A program made the translations under genes and the position numbers. Below are positions 23,357 through 36,848 of a stretch of 64,000 nucleotides of DNA, in pieces (position 1 is the stretch's first letter; every line of letters starts with the position of its first letter). The notes beneath the pieces are model-generated. The model was not told the origin of the DNA, searched no databases, and worked only from the letters and a program-made list of their open reading frames with translations. This DNA is from Eukaryota sp. TZLM1-RC (lineage: Eukaryota > Protista > Metamonada: BaSk clade): positions 6,477,784 through 6,541,783 of the forward strand of contig JAUPSS010000004.1 in NCBI GenBank assembly GCA_040285825.1, read 5' to 3'.

Positions 23357-23569
23357 ATCTTTGCATTTTTTGAATACGCCATATCATTAAACATTAGTAT
23401 GCAAATGTAAATGTCATTTTTGTCAGCTTGGAAGCAACATAAGAATAGAAATTATTATAATTAAAAGAGTTTGTTGATTCTTTTGATAATGTAGCTTCTG
23501 TAAGTTACACTGTAAGCTACAATAAATTTCCAATAATTAATTTGAACACAATAACACCATTTCTATAAC

Positions 23570-24170
23570 TTAGTCTCAGTGATATTCCTCTGGTGTTGTG
23601 GGAGTCGTCCAAGTTTTTGTCTCATTACCATTGTCGTTTGGGAAAGCTGCAGGAGAAACTCTTGAATGTTATAGAAAACTTAGATGATAATGTATGTATT
23701 AACTTGGCTAAGGAAAAAAATCCCAGTTTGTGAACTTCTTGACTGAACTAAACGGTAGTTGCTCGAATTGTCTCATTGCTTGAACTCCCAATAGTAATGG
23801 TCACCTGCTCACTGCTCATTAATGGATTACTGTTTACAGAAAATAAACAAATATGAAGAAACATTGGTACAATGAGGTAGAGTCGAAAATGTGAACTAGT
23901 AGTTTGTGCCGTTTGCTATCTCTCATTTTGGCAATATTGAGCCTTCAGGATTACATTTGATTGAAATACATTTTGTAAAAAATTGAACTCTTCTATCTGG
24001 TTAAATACAATTGTGTTTTGCATGTCTAAGTGTATTGCAAGAGTGCTTTCTAAAGCTCATTTAGTTATTGTTGCGGAGTATGTATGGAATTCTGTGAGTA
24101 GGTTCAGCTTTCGTGATGAGTGTTTATAGGGTAGCAAATATTAGATAGTTTTTAGGCTTAATAAAATTAT
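23570..24170 (+). mobile_element. Highly decayed family A non-LTR 3' fragment
   Basis: Recognisable similarity to 7620-7860 and 20900-21220. Confidence 0.55.
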
Positions 24171-24502
24171 GATATTGTTGAATTCACATCATTTTGGATG
24201 CTGCTACATTTAGCACAAAATCAGTGGAACCTTGTCTTGTCGTTAAGTGAATCCTGTTACTGTAAATTTTTTTGTGTTGTTGGATCTTGTGGTGATCCAT
24301 TTTCATCATTTTGTCATTTTCTCAAACAGTGGAATGGTTCTTCCAACACCATTTTTCAAAATCAAACCTCAATGGTGAAGGATATACACAAGGATCTAAT
24401 GTGTCTTGAATTTTCAAAACATCAATTGTTGTGTAAATTGGAGAATTCAATGGTGTCTCACAGTTAAGTAATATAAGTCAAGGGCAATCATTAGGACTAT
24501 TT

Positions 24503-24950
24503 CAGGTTAGGTTCAATTCAGGTTCCGAACCAGTTCACCGAATGTTGCTGTTTTTTTACCATTGTTTTTAATCTTTATTCAGTTATCACCACTGATATAA
24601 AACAAATATACATAATCCAATAATCAATACACTAATGCTTAATTTTTGGTGAATTTGTTTCATAAAACAGTCAAATAAAATTTTATATTTTGTTCTCGAT
24701 TTTGTTCGTTTCATTTCTATGGAAGCACAAACAGTATGTTCCTCTTTCACTTCATTAAAGAGGTCTTGGGTTCTGAAACATATGACTCATCTTCCAAAAC
24801 AACGGTGTGACCTGCAAAACAAGTGTGTTACAACAATGGTGTTACAAGTAAAATACTATCATCGAACCAGAACAACCCAAAAAGTTGTTGATGTATAACA
24901 TTCTTCCTAGACCAATTGTAAAAGGGTCAACACCGAAATTTTGATCAGAC
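24503..24950 (+). mobile_element. Possible hAT-like remnant (terminal repeats plus BED-finger-like start)
   Basis: CAGGTTAGGTTCAATTCAGGTTCCGAACC; downstream MEAQ..KRSWVLKH..C..C, frameshifted. Confidence 0.3.
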
Positions 24951-26097
24951 AGTTTTCTTCACTTGTTATTCATGAAACTGAACTTGCTATTGAAAATTAA
25001 AAATATATAAGTGCGGTTGATAGTGTTTCTGATTTCCTACCACGATTTTGTAAAAAGATTACAAAAATAATTTCACACTTGGAACAACACTTTAGCAAAA
25101 GGTTCAAAAACTGATGAATCATATTCACTGATTTTGCAGGCTTATAATGGATTCTTGCAGGGCTCAACGTTAGCTATTACTGGTGATTCAAAAAATTGAA
25201 TTCTGATTTTGGTAGGTCAGAAGTAGATGATTCCTTAGAAAGATCAAGAGCAGTGAAGGAATCAGTTGAGGAAGCAATGTCTTCAAAATAGTACTAACTC
25301 AGTTTATTGAAATCCTTTATTCACAATACACTTCGCAATGTCATCCAAACAATCACAAAGTGGTCCATCAAAAAGTAAGTGTAATGCTAGTCAAGTTCCA
25401 AAAGACCAACCTGACTTACCACTTCATTTTGAACTGATTGATGAAGACAGAGATGGTAACAGATTTAAAGAACAATGCCGAAAGCGTGGTTTGCAATAGT
25501 GTTCTAATATTGTTTAATAGTACTGTTACTTTTTTTAATCTACTTTTCGAAATACCTCTTATAAGTTTTTTTGTCCAAAATCAAATGCATAAACCTTGAA
25601 ACTGAAACAAAATCCAGTATCTTGTGTTTCAACTTTTTCTAAATAATGAACTTTGATACCTTTGATGAACGCATAAAATAAATATTTCAACCAACAAACG
25701 TTCTTGTAATGGAATATGTTCAAAGGCAATTACATTGCTTACATAACTGTTGAGAACCAAAGTTCAGGAGATAGGTGTCATAACCTTTATTAAACAATCA
25801 TTAAGAATTAGTTGTCAATCTAAAACGAAGTTGGTTAATGATTATAATAAAGGTTTGATGTATGAAAGCTGTATAAAGGATGATATGTGTAGTTCTTCAA
25901 ACCAGTGTTGGAAATTTAAACCACCCGGGTGCCACTTGGTGCAATGAGTGTTTCACCATGTGAAAGTGTTGAAACACTTGGGTCAAACACTACATCAAAT
26001 TGATTTATTTTAGAGAACATAACAACCATTAATGATAAAACAACACAAAAAGGGTACTCAGAACACATTAAACAATGTACAAAAAGGAAATAAAAAA

Positions 26098-26706
26098 TCA
26101 TTTCAAAAAACTATTAAAGTTCAATCCATAAGAAAACGACAATAAACGGGCTTCGACAAGTTGTCCATCTTTGCCCAATTTCTCCAGTTCATCGTACAAA
26201 TTTGATAGTGGAAGAGTTAAAACAGAAAGGCACTCAGTTTCTTCTAGCTGTTGGTTTCCAAGTGAGTTCGTGTCATTTCCATCAATTTTCATAATGACCA
26301 ATTTACCTCTGGAGGCACTGATAGAAGGCCCAGAGGCAAACACAGGAGTGGTATGTACCACAGACGCAGTATAACCAGTTTCTTCCCTCAACTCACGTAT
26401 TGCAGCTGTTTCAACATCCTCACCTTGGTCAAGCAGACCTGCAGGCCACTCCACTACATATGCATTGATTGCTGGGCGCCATTGTCTAACAAGTACTATT
26501 TCTGACTCCTTACTGTTGTAATGAATTATGGGTATAATTTCTACGGAGCCAGCATAGGATAAATTTGAGGTTGTTGTTCGTTCTACGGCTTCCCAAGTAT
26601 AAGTGTGATCATTGTGGTGACATGTAAGTTCTACGAAACGTAACCATTTACCTTCATAGACAGGGGTGCGTAAAGATATCTTGGGTGAGGTGTTTGAGCC
26701 AAGCAT
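26098..26706 (-). CDS. NUDT5: Nudix hydrolase, ADP-ribose pyrophosphatase (NUDT5/Ysa1-like)
   Basis: WEAVER, LVRQWRP, Nudix box AGLLDQGEDVETAAIRELREETGY. Confidence 0.85.
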   Translation of the reverse strand: MLGSNTSPKISLRTPVYEGKWLRFVELTCHHNDHTYTWEAVERTTTSNLSYAGSVEIIPIIHYNSKESEIVLVRQWRPAINAYVVEWPAGLLDQGEDVETAAIRELREETGYTASVVHTTPVFASGPSISASRGKLVIMKIDGNDTNSLGNQQLEETECLSVLTLPLSNLYDELEKLGKDGQLVEARLLSFSYGLNFNSFLK

Positions 26707-26779
26707 TTAAATTCTTTAAGTTCATTTTTGAATTTCCAATTTTTGTAATTGTCAATTTTTAATGAACTACAACACTTAA

Positions 26780-27600
26780 TAAAATTAATTCAGAACTAAT
26801 CGGACTAAATTCAGTGAACCAGGATTTCTTCTACAAAATCCTGTTCTGCTTGTTTTCTGGCCATTGCTTCTCTTATTCGGTGAAGAAACCGAGGTAATCT
26901 ATTAATTATAGGCAATTCAATTCTTGACAGCCACAAAAAGACATTAAATCTCTTCATTGTTTTTTAACCAATTTCTGGAAATGATTCAACAAATATTTTG
27001 CTGCTATTGATAGTCTTCTGTGTATAGAAAATGGAAAAGCAATAAAAACAAGTGGTCTATTTCTATTTGCATTAGCTTTTTTGGTATCTTTGTCATATTT
27101 TCTATGTTTTTCTTTGGCCCTAAATTCAAGAGCATCTACAGGATTAAGTTTTCTTCTTTGAACCAAAGAGTCATTTGCAACATAACAGGAGACAGAGTCA
27201 ACAACAGCTTCAGTGTTCTCAAGCAAATCACAGTATACATCACCTCTATCATCAAAACCGAAATTATTTAATAACAGTGTTTCTTTCAGCAGAGGCACTT
27301 TGATACACGAGATTTTTGCGGTTCGCGCTATAAAACAAACGCTGTCTCTAACAGCATCTTGTAATAAAGAACGAGAAGTTATCAGTTTCAAACAATTCAG
27401 AGCATGAAGCAAAGTGAGCTGAGGTGAACACGAACAAATACATTTTTGTTTTAATAATAATTGATTTATGGGAATATTCAAATATAATCTCATTTTTGTT
27501 ACAAACGCTTCATTATCAGCAAACAGTCCAAATCTTCGTGGCACAATGGTCACAAACAGTGAGGAATTTGATGACTTTTTTTCACATCCCCCAATAAGAA
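26780..27600 (-). mobile_element. Family B RLE non-LTR 3' fragment
   Basis: CIC..HALNC, QDAVRD, RGDVYC, KEKHRKY. Confidence 0.8.
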
Positions 27601-28795
27601 TGAATGAAGCTCTTGTCAATTTTCAATGGAAAATTTTATTAAACAGCCGCTGTAAACTATTTTATGATCTTCAACATTTATCATTCACATCCTTAAAACA
27701 TAAATTTCCTTATCATATGGAGGACGGACACACCACAATCAACTTATTCCTCACACATCTTGTTAAAGATACGAGAATCCTTTTACAACAAAATGGAACT
27801 GTCAAATCATGTGTGAATTTACAAAATATACAAGAGTAAGCAGTTTCAACCTTTGAATCAGAAACAAAAGCATCAGGAATGTTTTCGATTGTTCTGAGAG
27901 TGACTGCAAATTCCTACTTGATGACTGTAATTAACTACCTGAACATCATTTGATAACTCTTAACATTGTTCAGTGTTTGATTAGAAGATTTCATCATCCA
28001 AGAGCACAGCCAAATTGACTCACAATTCGATCGACTGAAAACAACAATCCTAGACCAGACACATTTTAAAACTCAACCAAAAACCTTAACTAATGATCTT
28101 ACCTACTCAAACCCCATTAATTGAATGACAACAGGTTTTCGCTTAGCACTTGCATAACAACTCGCTTGTTATAAAACTCCGTAATGCTATTCAAAATGGA
28201 GTTAATAGAACAGGGAAGGGCTTTCAAAAACGAAATACAATTCTGTACTCCCAAATCAAATAATCGAATGCACGACCACTTTCTTTCACAAGTTTTCCTA
28301 AATCATCTAAAAAATGAGACCTTCAGTTCCAATGGTTCCAAAAATTGATATAGCAATTGGGACAAATTTGATGTTTCTGCCTCTTGCTCAATTGAAACGT
28401 TGTAGACGGACTACCTATTTTGATTTCTTGGAAAGTTCTGCAACTTTGAGTAAATGTTAAATGTTAAATTATGAATGAGATTGTGTAATGAGAACTGTAT
28501 ATGAGGATGTACAAATCTTCTACCAACTAAAATAAGGAAAATTACAGTGTCAAAAATGTATGTTCCAAAGGGACTTCTAAAGCAGTAAAAACCGATAGTT
28601 AGACAGTTTTTGATAATAATATTATGAAGTGAGAAAGAAGAACTGTATAAGAAAATATTTTCCATGTCAAGCATCGGCGAATCTGAGAGAGGTCAAAATG
28701 TATTTGGTGGTGATGCTGTGAACCTCACCAAATTGAGGCTAAAAGTTTTGTGGTTATTGTGATCATCAAAATGAAATTGAACCTCTTTTCTTCGC

Positions 28796-29213
28796 ATGCT
28801 TGTTTCAAAGAAGAACAGACTCCTTGTCTACAGATACCTCTTCCAAGGTTTGTTTAACTCCTGCAGAGTTTATCTTTACGTTTTCCCTGTTCCTAATCTC
28901 AGAGGGTGTTTTAGTTGCCAAAAAGGAACACACCTTGGATAAGAACCATCCCCATATCGAGGTTCCTAACCTTGAAGTTATTATGCTCATGAAGTCTATG
29001 ATCTCTCGCAATTTAGTACGTAACAACTTCAGCTGGCAATGGAACTACTATTTCCTCACTGATGAAGGTATCAACTTCCTCCGTGAGTACCTCCATATTC
29101 CCGAAGATGTCTATCCCAAGACTCTCATGAGAGAACAGCGTCCTGCTGGAGAACGTCGTGGATTTGGTGGACGTCCTTCTCGTGGTGAACGCCCCAACTA
29201 CCGCCCCGAATAA
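28796..29213 (+). CDS. RPS10: 40S ribosomal protein eS10; intron 28848-28902
   Basis: Spliced MLVSKKNRLLVYRYLFQEGVLVAKK..VPNLEV..FSWQWNYYFLTDEGINFLREYLHIP; 55-nt GTTTGT..CTAATCTCAG intron. Confidence 0.95.
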
Positions 29214-29984
29214 ATCGAATCAACCTTTTTCCTGTTTTCTGCTTAGTTTCAGTGTTCTGTTCTTCTAGAAAGTTATAGTGTCAACATCGCAAAAATAAAT
29301 TCACAAGTCAGTGTTAGAATATATGTTAATTAAAGTATTTCAATATCAAAGCATATGTTTTTTTTCTTCATTTTTGACCAACAATTGAAATGAGTCTGTT
29401 TTTACTATAAAAAACTCACAGCATGTGGTTACTGGACAATCAGTTCATTCACTATAACAAATGTTCAACCAGAAGTACACAATAACAATATTGTTAATTA
29501 CTAATTGCTTACTGGATTGTTCTTCAGTAATTACTGAAACTTTGTTGATCATTTGTGATTCCACGATTACAGAAATTACAGAATTTAAAACTCTATCAAT
29601 TGTAATAAATGTGATCTGACAAATACCAAGGTTGTGTTTAACTTTGAATCCCCAATTTGAACATGAATTTGTAACAATTCAATCTGTACTTCACCCAAAT
29701 GACAGAATGTGTGAATTCATCAAAGTATCACTCATTACCATTAGTATGATTTCCATCAGTAAGCATTCAATTGCGGCTCTCCGAATCTTTACACAAATGT
29801 GTTTCGAAACCTATTGTTCTCAAATTCTGAGTACTATCCTTCATTGGTCTTTTACAAAGTTCGTCGAGAGTCACATCACAAATTTCCCTTTCTAGCTCAT
29901 GAAAAATTGAGAACAGTTTATCCCAATTACAATGCAAACACCAAAAACCACACAAACGATTTGATTTTATTTGATCAAAATAAC

Positions 29985-30641
29985 TTACAAGGGATTTACA
30001 AATATATTTACAATAAAATGAATGGAGAAAAATGTGTACAATGACCTATACCATCGGTGTTGCGATTCATAATGCCTAAATGCACTGAATAACTGGCGTA
30101 CTTCTGATATAGAATTCCAGTAAACACCAGTTTGAAAGAAAAAAGAAAGAATAAAAACAAGAATTGCTCCAACATACCACAGAAATCTGAGTGGAAAGAA
30201 GGATGACACAAGTACTTCAAAATTAAGTTCTGGTTTTTCACGTTTTAGTTCTGAACATGCTGTAAACAGTGATTTATGATTGTGGTGGCCAGACACACCT
30301 TTTTTATCAAAAGTAACAAGTCTTTTTGCACCAGTTTTAAGCAAAGCCTTCTGAACGTAAGATTTAATAATATTTGTATTCCAAGTATTACCATCGCGGA
30401 TTCGGTAGTCATCAATTATAGAAAAATCAGAGGACGAATAACCCAACGATGCTAGACTGGAGGATAGTTCGGCAGTACGTTTTTCACCAATTGTAGATGA
30501 ATGACCTGATGAACCTAATGAACCTGTTGATAAACACAAGATATGTAAAGACCCAACATGTTTAAGCAACAGTGGACCAAAGAAAAGGATCTCATCGTCT
30601 GGGTGTGCAATCACGAGGAGTGTAGAGGAATCTGTGGACAT
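29985..30641 (-). CDS. PIGL: GlcNAc-PI de-N-acetylase (GPI anchor step 2)
   Basis: AHPDDE..FFGP, LCLSTG, TFD..GVSGHHNH, SQ..WYR. Confidence 0.9.
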   Translation of the reverse strand: MSTDSSTLLVIAHPDDEILFFGPLLLKHVGSLHILCLSTGSLGSSGHSSTIGEKRTAELSSSLASLGYSSSDFSIIDDYRIRDGNTWNTNIIKSYVQKALLKTGAKRLVTFDKKGVSGHHNHKSLFTACSELKREKPELNFEVLVSSFFPLRFLWYVGAILVFILSFFFQTGVYWNSISEVRQLFSAFRHYESQHRWYRSLYTFFSIHFIVNIFVNPL

Positions 30642-30690
30642 GAAGCAGTGTAGGTAATTGGAAATTCCTTTTTCTCTGGTCTGTTAAGAA

Positions 30691-31150
30691 ATGTCCAAAG
30701 GTTTGAGGTCCGTATGGTCTCACTCTAGCCGTCAGTACCGCCAAAAAGGTTTCATCCATCCAGTCCGCTGGAGAAAAGAGTAAGTCTAAGGTTAAGAGAC
30801 GTACCTCCGTCACCTTCCGCAAACCTAAGACTCTTGCCCTACCCAGAAACCCCAAGTTCCCACACATCGCCCGTACTTGTGTTTCTAAGAACGATAAGTA
30901 TCAGATGATCCGTCATCCTCTGACCACCGAATCAGCTATGAAGTTGATTGAAGATCAGAACACTTTAGTGTTCGTTGTTGACAAGAGGGCAACCAAGACC
31001 TCTTTGATCCGCACCATCAAGGACTTATACAATGTTACTCCCATGAGAATTAACACTGTAAACACTGCTAACGGGGACAAGAAGGCCTACGTACGTTTGG
31101 CCCCATCTGATGAGGCTCTTGTCGTTGCTAACAGTATCGGTCTTCTTTAG
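30691..31150 (+). CDS. RPL23A: 60S ribosomal protein uL23; intron 30701-30728
   Basis: Spliced MSKAV..TSVTFRKPKTL..RNPKFP..PLTTESAMKLIEDQNTLVF..KKAYVRL..VANSIG; 28-nt GTTTGA..TCTAG intron. Confidence 0.95.
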
Positions 31151-32029
31151 TTTTTTTGCACATGGTTCGTAGTGTTGTAGGTACTTGTTCGCCATTACTC
31201 TACTCAGTTATCAGCAGTCCGAGTCAATTTTCTTGGTATAAATCACAATGTCATGTTTCATTATTGCATCTGTTTTGCATTTTTTAGTCCATTCTCTTTT
31301 TGCATTTTGACCTGGAACACAAATTTCTCAAACATTCTCAAGGAAATTGATGTTTAGTTTTTCTTTGGAATAAATTAAATTGTAACAAAAGGAAACTTAT
31401 TTTTCTGCTCAACAAATCAACCATTGAACTTTCAGTTGTTACAATTATTGTAAATGAGTTTTCCATAGTATTGTTGTATTTATTATTATTCCAAATTTCT
31501 AAGCAGGGTTAATGTTTTTTTCCTAAGATTAGAAAGATATTATAAGAAATAAGAATCCTCAATGGAGAGTTTTTTGAAACATGACTAGTGTAACTGAAGT
31601 TAAACTAGACATATTGGACTACAACTTATACATACATTATGGCCTAAAAAGCTAAACCTCTGCTCCAAAGTTTACGTCAATGTACAACCTTGACTTCACT
31701 TGTCATAACACTAGACTATGTACACATCAAGATATTAATTTGATGTCAATATTTCGATAATTAAAGAGCTACAACAATAGATGCAAGGAGAACAAATATT
31801 TGTTAAAATTGGACAAGAAGAAGTTTGACAGAGCATTGCTGAGACACACAAAAACTATGAGTCTAGTGGTAGAAACTGTGTATAGGATTCAGTGATATTA
31901 AGTATCATCATTTATTGTCACCACAAGGACGGAGAATCAGATCAAGTGGTAAATCGTGTGACAATCTTGCTATTGAAACATATGGCATCGTTCGCCTTAT
32001 ATTCAAAAGTTGTTTTCAAATAACTAAAA

Positions 32030-33045
32030 TCATATAATTTCCCTAATCATTCAATGGAAATATTCTTGAAAAGAAATTTTTAAATTTAAAATATACTCTT
32101 CGAACATGACAGAAACGATTGACTGGAATGCATGAAAATGATCTTTAGAATAATATATGCAGCTCGGCTGTTTTAAATCAAGATCTTCACTCATTGTTAG
32201 TGGAAAAGGGTGTTTGTGAAAATCAGTCATCAAATTCTTCACTGTTTGTAACCATTATACCACAAAGAGTTGAACTGTGTGCTTATGATGAAGCTTTGGT
32301 AACAAAAATGAGATCATATTTGAATATTCCCATTAATCAATTATTATCAAAAGAAAAATGTATTTGTTCGAATTCACCACAGCTCACTTTGCGTCATACT
32401 CTGAATTGTTTAAAATTGATAACTTATCGTTGTTCATTACTGTTCATGCTGTTAGGGACACTGTTTTTAATATGGCTCGAACTGCAAGAATTTCGTGTAT
32501 CACAGAGCCTCTGCTGCAACATTGGTAATAAAATTGGTTCTAATGACAGAGGTGATGTATACTGTGATTGGATTGAGAACTCTGAACTGTTGTTGACTTT
32601 GTCTCCTGTAATGAATGACATTTTGGTTTAAAGAAGAAAACTTAATTCTGTAGGTGCTCTTGAATTTAAAGCTAAAGAAAAACATAGAAAATAAGATAAA
32701 TGTATCGAAGAAGCTAATTCTGATAGAAATAGACCACTTGTATTTATTGCGTTTCCATTTTCGATAAACGGAAGACTATCAGTAGAAGCAGAAACTTTTT
32801 TGAATGACTTCCAAAAAATTGTTCAAGAAAAAACAATGAAAAGTTTTGATATATTTTTATGGCGCTGTCGAATTCAATTTGCCATTATCAATAGATTACC
32901 TCGGTTTTTCAATCGAATTGAAGAAGCTTTAACTAGACAGTAAGCAGATCAAGATTTTGTAGAGGAAATCTTGGTTCAATTAATTTCGTCCCATTAGTTA
33001 TGAGTTTATTTTGTTAAGTGTGCAAGATCATTAAAGAAAAAATAA
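32030..33045 (+). mobile_element. Family B RLE non-LTR 3' fragment with A-rich tail
   Basis: Colinear with 21810-22815. Confidence 0.8.
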
Positions 33046-34317
33046 TTAAAAATAATTAAAAATTAACCAAGTGAATAAATCAAAAGTAACAATGTAATTG
33101 TAAGCCTTGCCTTGGTGTAAAACATCCACATTGTACACAACTAATGAATACAATTTATCATACTCGGTCTTGGAAGTCAATATTTTCATTCATACACCTA
33201 TTATACATCTAAAAACCATTCAAATTACTCAAAGAATTTGACACCAAATTTCTTAGACAAGTGTTACCACTGATCAGATCGAATTGATCGTCATTCAACT
33301 TATCTACTAGTATTATTACAATAGACACCAAATTTCCAACGTCTGTCTGGAAAAGGGTACTTCAGAAACTGATTTTCAGTGAGTGCTTAACATGACATTC
33401 TCTTCTCTTTGTATTATCTTTTCACATATATCTTAACTTAATTAACATCTTGATGGACGTAGACTGTTCACAATATCACCAAGTCATTTTGACTAAAAAC
33501 TCTGGTTTCATTGTCGTTGTTGAGAGTGAAGATGCAGAACTGTTGAAGACATTTAGTGTTCAACATAGTGTTTTTGCTGCGATAGGTTTTGACGATTTTT
33601 GGTAGTAATGTAGTTCGATATCAATAATTTTACATTAACTTGACAAGTTATATAATGAAAAATTATTTATTCAAAGAGTTGAGGTTTATAGAGTGCTTTG
33701 CAAAAACTAATGAAACAAAAAACGTCTGAAACGTTCGTGCTGCGTGTGTTGGTCAACAGACGGATGCAGTTGAAAATGTTTGTGTAATTGGAACCAGTGT
33801 TCGGACACCACCACGTGGTTCAATTTTACTACCATGGTGGTTTTCTTGGTGGTCAATTTCATTGCATTATTCCTTTCTCCTTTCTTTGTTCCAAATACCA
33901 TGGTTTGGTAGCAAACACCCTGTATTTGAATACATTTCCCCTAATAATGCTTATGATGAAGTGGAATATTCGAGAGGACGCCTACATGCCAGTGACTTTT
34001 ATTCATATGGATGAATGCTGAAATAGTAAAAATGATGGAAGAGATGGAGGAAATTACAGAGGCAGAAGTTGCAGAGGCAGTCAACGAACAGGACCAAGCA
34101 GCAGATTATTCACTGCACGAGGAACTCCTACCGATCCTTGTTATTTCAGAGATGTTTATGTTTCGGAGGACATTGAGGAGGAATGATTTGATCTGAAATG
34201 CGTTGTTCTTTGTGGTTGAGTTGTGGGATTAGTATTAGTTTGTAAAAATAAACATGTTTTATTCATAATGATTTGACATTGTCAGAAGGCAATGTGACAG
34301 AACAGCAATTATGTAAC

Positions 34318-34564
34318 TGTGAATTTCACTTATCATGCATTCCCTTGTGAAATTCACCCCTGTTTTCAACTTTCTCAATGTCTACTCACAGGCTGTAAGA
34401 GACATGTAGCATCATTTGACAAAGACAATCATGATCTTCATCAATGGGCTACCTCACTTAAATACACCTACTGCTTTCACAGAACAAAGCCTCGCGACTT
34501 GATGTATCTAAGTGGATCTACCAAATGCTACTAGGGCATTTGTAGATCGGTCTCAAAAGTTTTT
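34318..34564 (-). ncRNA. Candidate Fanzor omegaRNA scaffold (~247 nt)
   Basis: Starts 25 nt after the Fanzor stop; stems GATCTAC/GTAGATC, CACTTAGATACATC/GGTGTATTTAAGTG (two G-U), TGATGAAGA/TCTTTGTCA, ATGTCT/AGACAT, GTGAATTTCAC/GTGAAATTCAC; second copy at 43207-43450. Confidence 0.7.
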
Positions 34565-34589
34565 GTTCCTGTATGCTCAGGTTCCCCAT

Positions 34590-36548
34590 TCATCTTCTCA
34601 ACAGAGCATCTGGGCAAATGTATCTTTCCGGCCACAATTCCGCTTTTTTCTTAATTTGAATATTTTTTGCAGCGGAAATATCTCTGTCATATACTATTTG
34701 ACACTCAGTACAAATACGCATCTGCCATGAGCCTGCTTGAATATTCTCGGCCATGCAACAACTTGACAGTTTGCTTGTATTAAACTCACTGGTTGACAAG
34801 TGCTTCACGTCCTTTTGATAACACAACCATTTTCTGAAAGCCCTTGCTGATCCATATCGATTGACTTTTCGGCAATGAGAAGGGAAATTAGCAGAACCCA
34901 CAGCAAGATAGAGTTTATCAGGATGTCCAGCCAACCTTTGAAATTTGTTGAGACTCTCTCTGAACCGTCTCTCTTTTCGTCTGCGGTTATCAAATTTAAT
35001 TATTTTCCATTTCTGGCGATTACTTTCCAAATACACTTTCCTCCTGACCAAATTCCAATGGTTCAAATATTGGTTGAAATTTTGAACGGAATATTGGTTG
35101 GGAGAGTGTTTACTGGGTGAAGGTTTTGTCATGTATCTTCTGCCAGTTGGACAAGGGATAACTCCACATTGATTATCATTTAAGAAGTAACCACATAATC
35201 TTGATTGGCCAAGATCAACGCCGATAAGGGGGCTTTCAGGTAAAATTTCGACTGGATGTCTACGTCTTCGACGGGGCATTTTTTTAGTACCCTTCAACTG
35301 TGTTTCTCTGGTTTTGTTGGCATTAGGGTCACTTTTTCATTTCATTTTTTTGATCTTCTTTTCTTTTTCGGTGGTTCATCCAGCTCATCTGTGTTTTTCT
35401 GAGTCATTATTTTTACCTTCAAAGGTCAAAAGCAGTTCATTACCATTAGTTTTCAATAAAATTTTTTTAAATCTATTTTTCAAACTTTTCTGTTGATATT
35501 GAATTTTTGGTAAGGACATTGTTTGAATACTCGTTTCAGACATGTATTTCTGATAAACTTTGTTTTGGAAGATGATCCTTCAATAATTGGAAATTTTTTT
35601 CACAGAGTGGAAAATTTGTGAAGGTACCTCAATAAATTTAGAACCTTTATGAGAAGCTAAAGGTATTATTCTAAATTTCTTCCAGCAATGCATATGAGAA
35701 AAGAAAGTGAGTAAGTATTGTGAAATTTTAAGATTGAAGAGAAAAAGCTCACTAATTTCCTTTGATGAAAAAGTGATTTTATCATGTGAGGACAGTAGGG
35801 AGGCAGTGGTAGGAAATCTTTGGAGGAGATTCAAGATAAACCTACATGCATTCAATAAAAAAAATCTTTCTCTTGAATTATTCAAATTGAAATTGATGAG
35901 GTATTCAAGAACAGAATCAACTGCTACTTCCTCGGGTTGGGCTAGTGGTTCATCTGGCAAAAGTGAAAGAATATTATTTGCAAAGACATTTGTTTTATTC
36001 AGGGCTCTACAATGAGCATGAATAAAGTTTTTTGTCCAGGATTGACAAATTTTGGGTAAACATGTCTTAACGTTGGAGGCCAATTGACGAGCCCGACAAG
36101 CAAGGTAAGGAGAAAGCCCTTTTCTATTGATAAAATTACAGTTATGGGACTGCAGCCAATCATTGAGGAAAAGATTAAATGAATTTCTGTAAGGCACTAA
36201 AGAATTTTCCCACACAGAAACAAGAGACCTCTCTTGTGGGCATTCAGGAAGAAATCCATTGTAAAAGATATGGAGTAATTGGCGTTGGCCTTTAGATGTG
36301 GAAGGCTTAGGAAAAGAACCAGTGGTGATGACGGTCATAAACAGATACCATACATCCTGTTCCACTAAAGCTCTAGATGCCAACGGAAAATTTAGAAGAA
36401 AAGATTGAAGTAATAAAGAAGCTTCATGACAAATCTCGGTGACCACAGGAAGGTCAGTCCGAATTTGTTGCACCGCTGCAGGGGTCAGCAGCGAGTTAAG
36501 TGCACAAGACCGAGTGAATACACGTGATACAGAGGGGGTGTCTGACAT
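34590..36548 (-). pseudogene. Near full-length Fanzor1-like RNA-guided nuclease, frameshifted in A-rich middle (35297-35580)
   Basis: RuvC-I GVDLG, AVGSANF, RuvC-II EFNTSK, SSCC..CTEC zinc finger, RuvC-III DRDISAAKNI; 322-aa N-terminal ORF; LKTNG..LLLTF (TDG-like) in the middle. Confidence 0.82.
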
Positions 36549-36848
36549 GTAGTGAGAATAAAGAGCTCATCTATCAAATTTTACACTTGTCACCCATTTT
36601 CGACTTCTGGTTGCCTATTCTGGGAGGTTTTTAACCCTCAACTTGGTTTTGGGAGGTTTTCACTATTCTTACACTTTCCCAACTAGTGGTTCTTATATCT
36701 TTCACTCAACTTCTTTTCTGAGGTTTAGGAGTCCCTTGTAATCTTTCAACTTCTTTCTATTACTCCCTCAGTTCATGACCCCACTACTGGCCCTCCACAA
36801 ACTGCAACCTATGCTGCTCTACCACCGACGCCTCAACCGGTACAGTCC

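Noticed and set aside
33707-34196. Short ORFs with an acidic tail as a gene or Fanzor-associated transposase
   Set aside because: No recognisable motif; frames are interrupted
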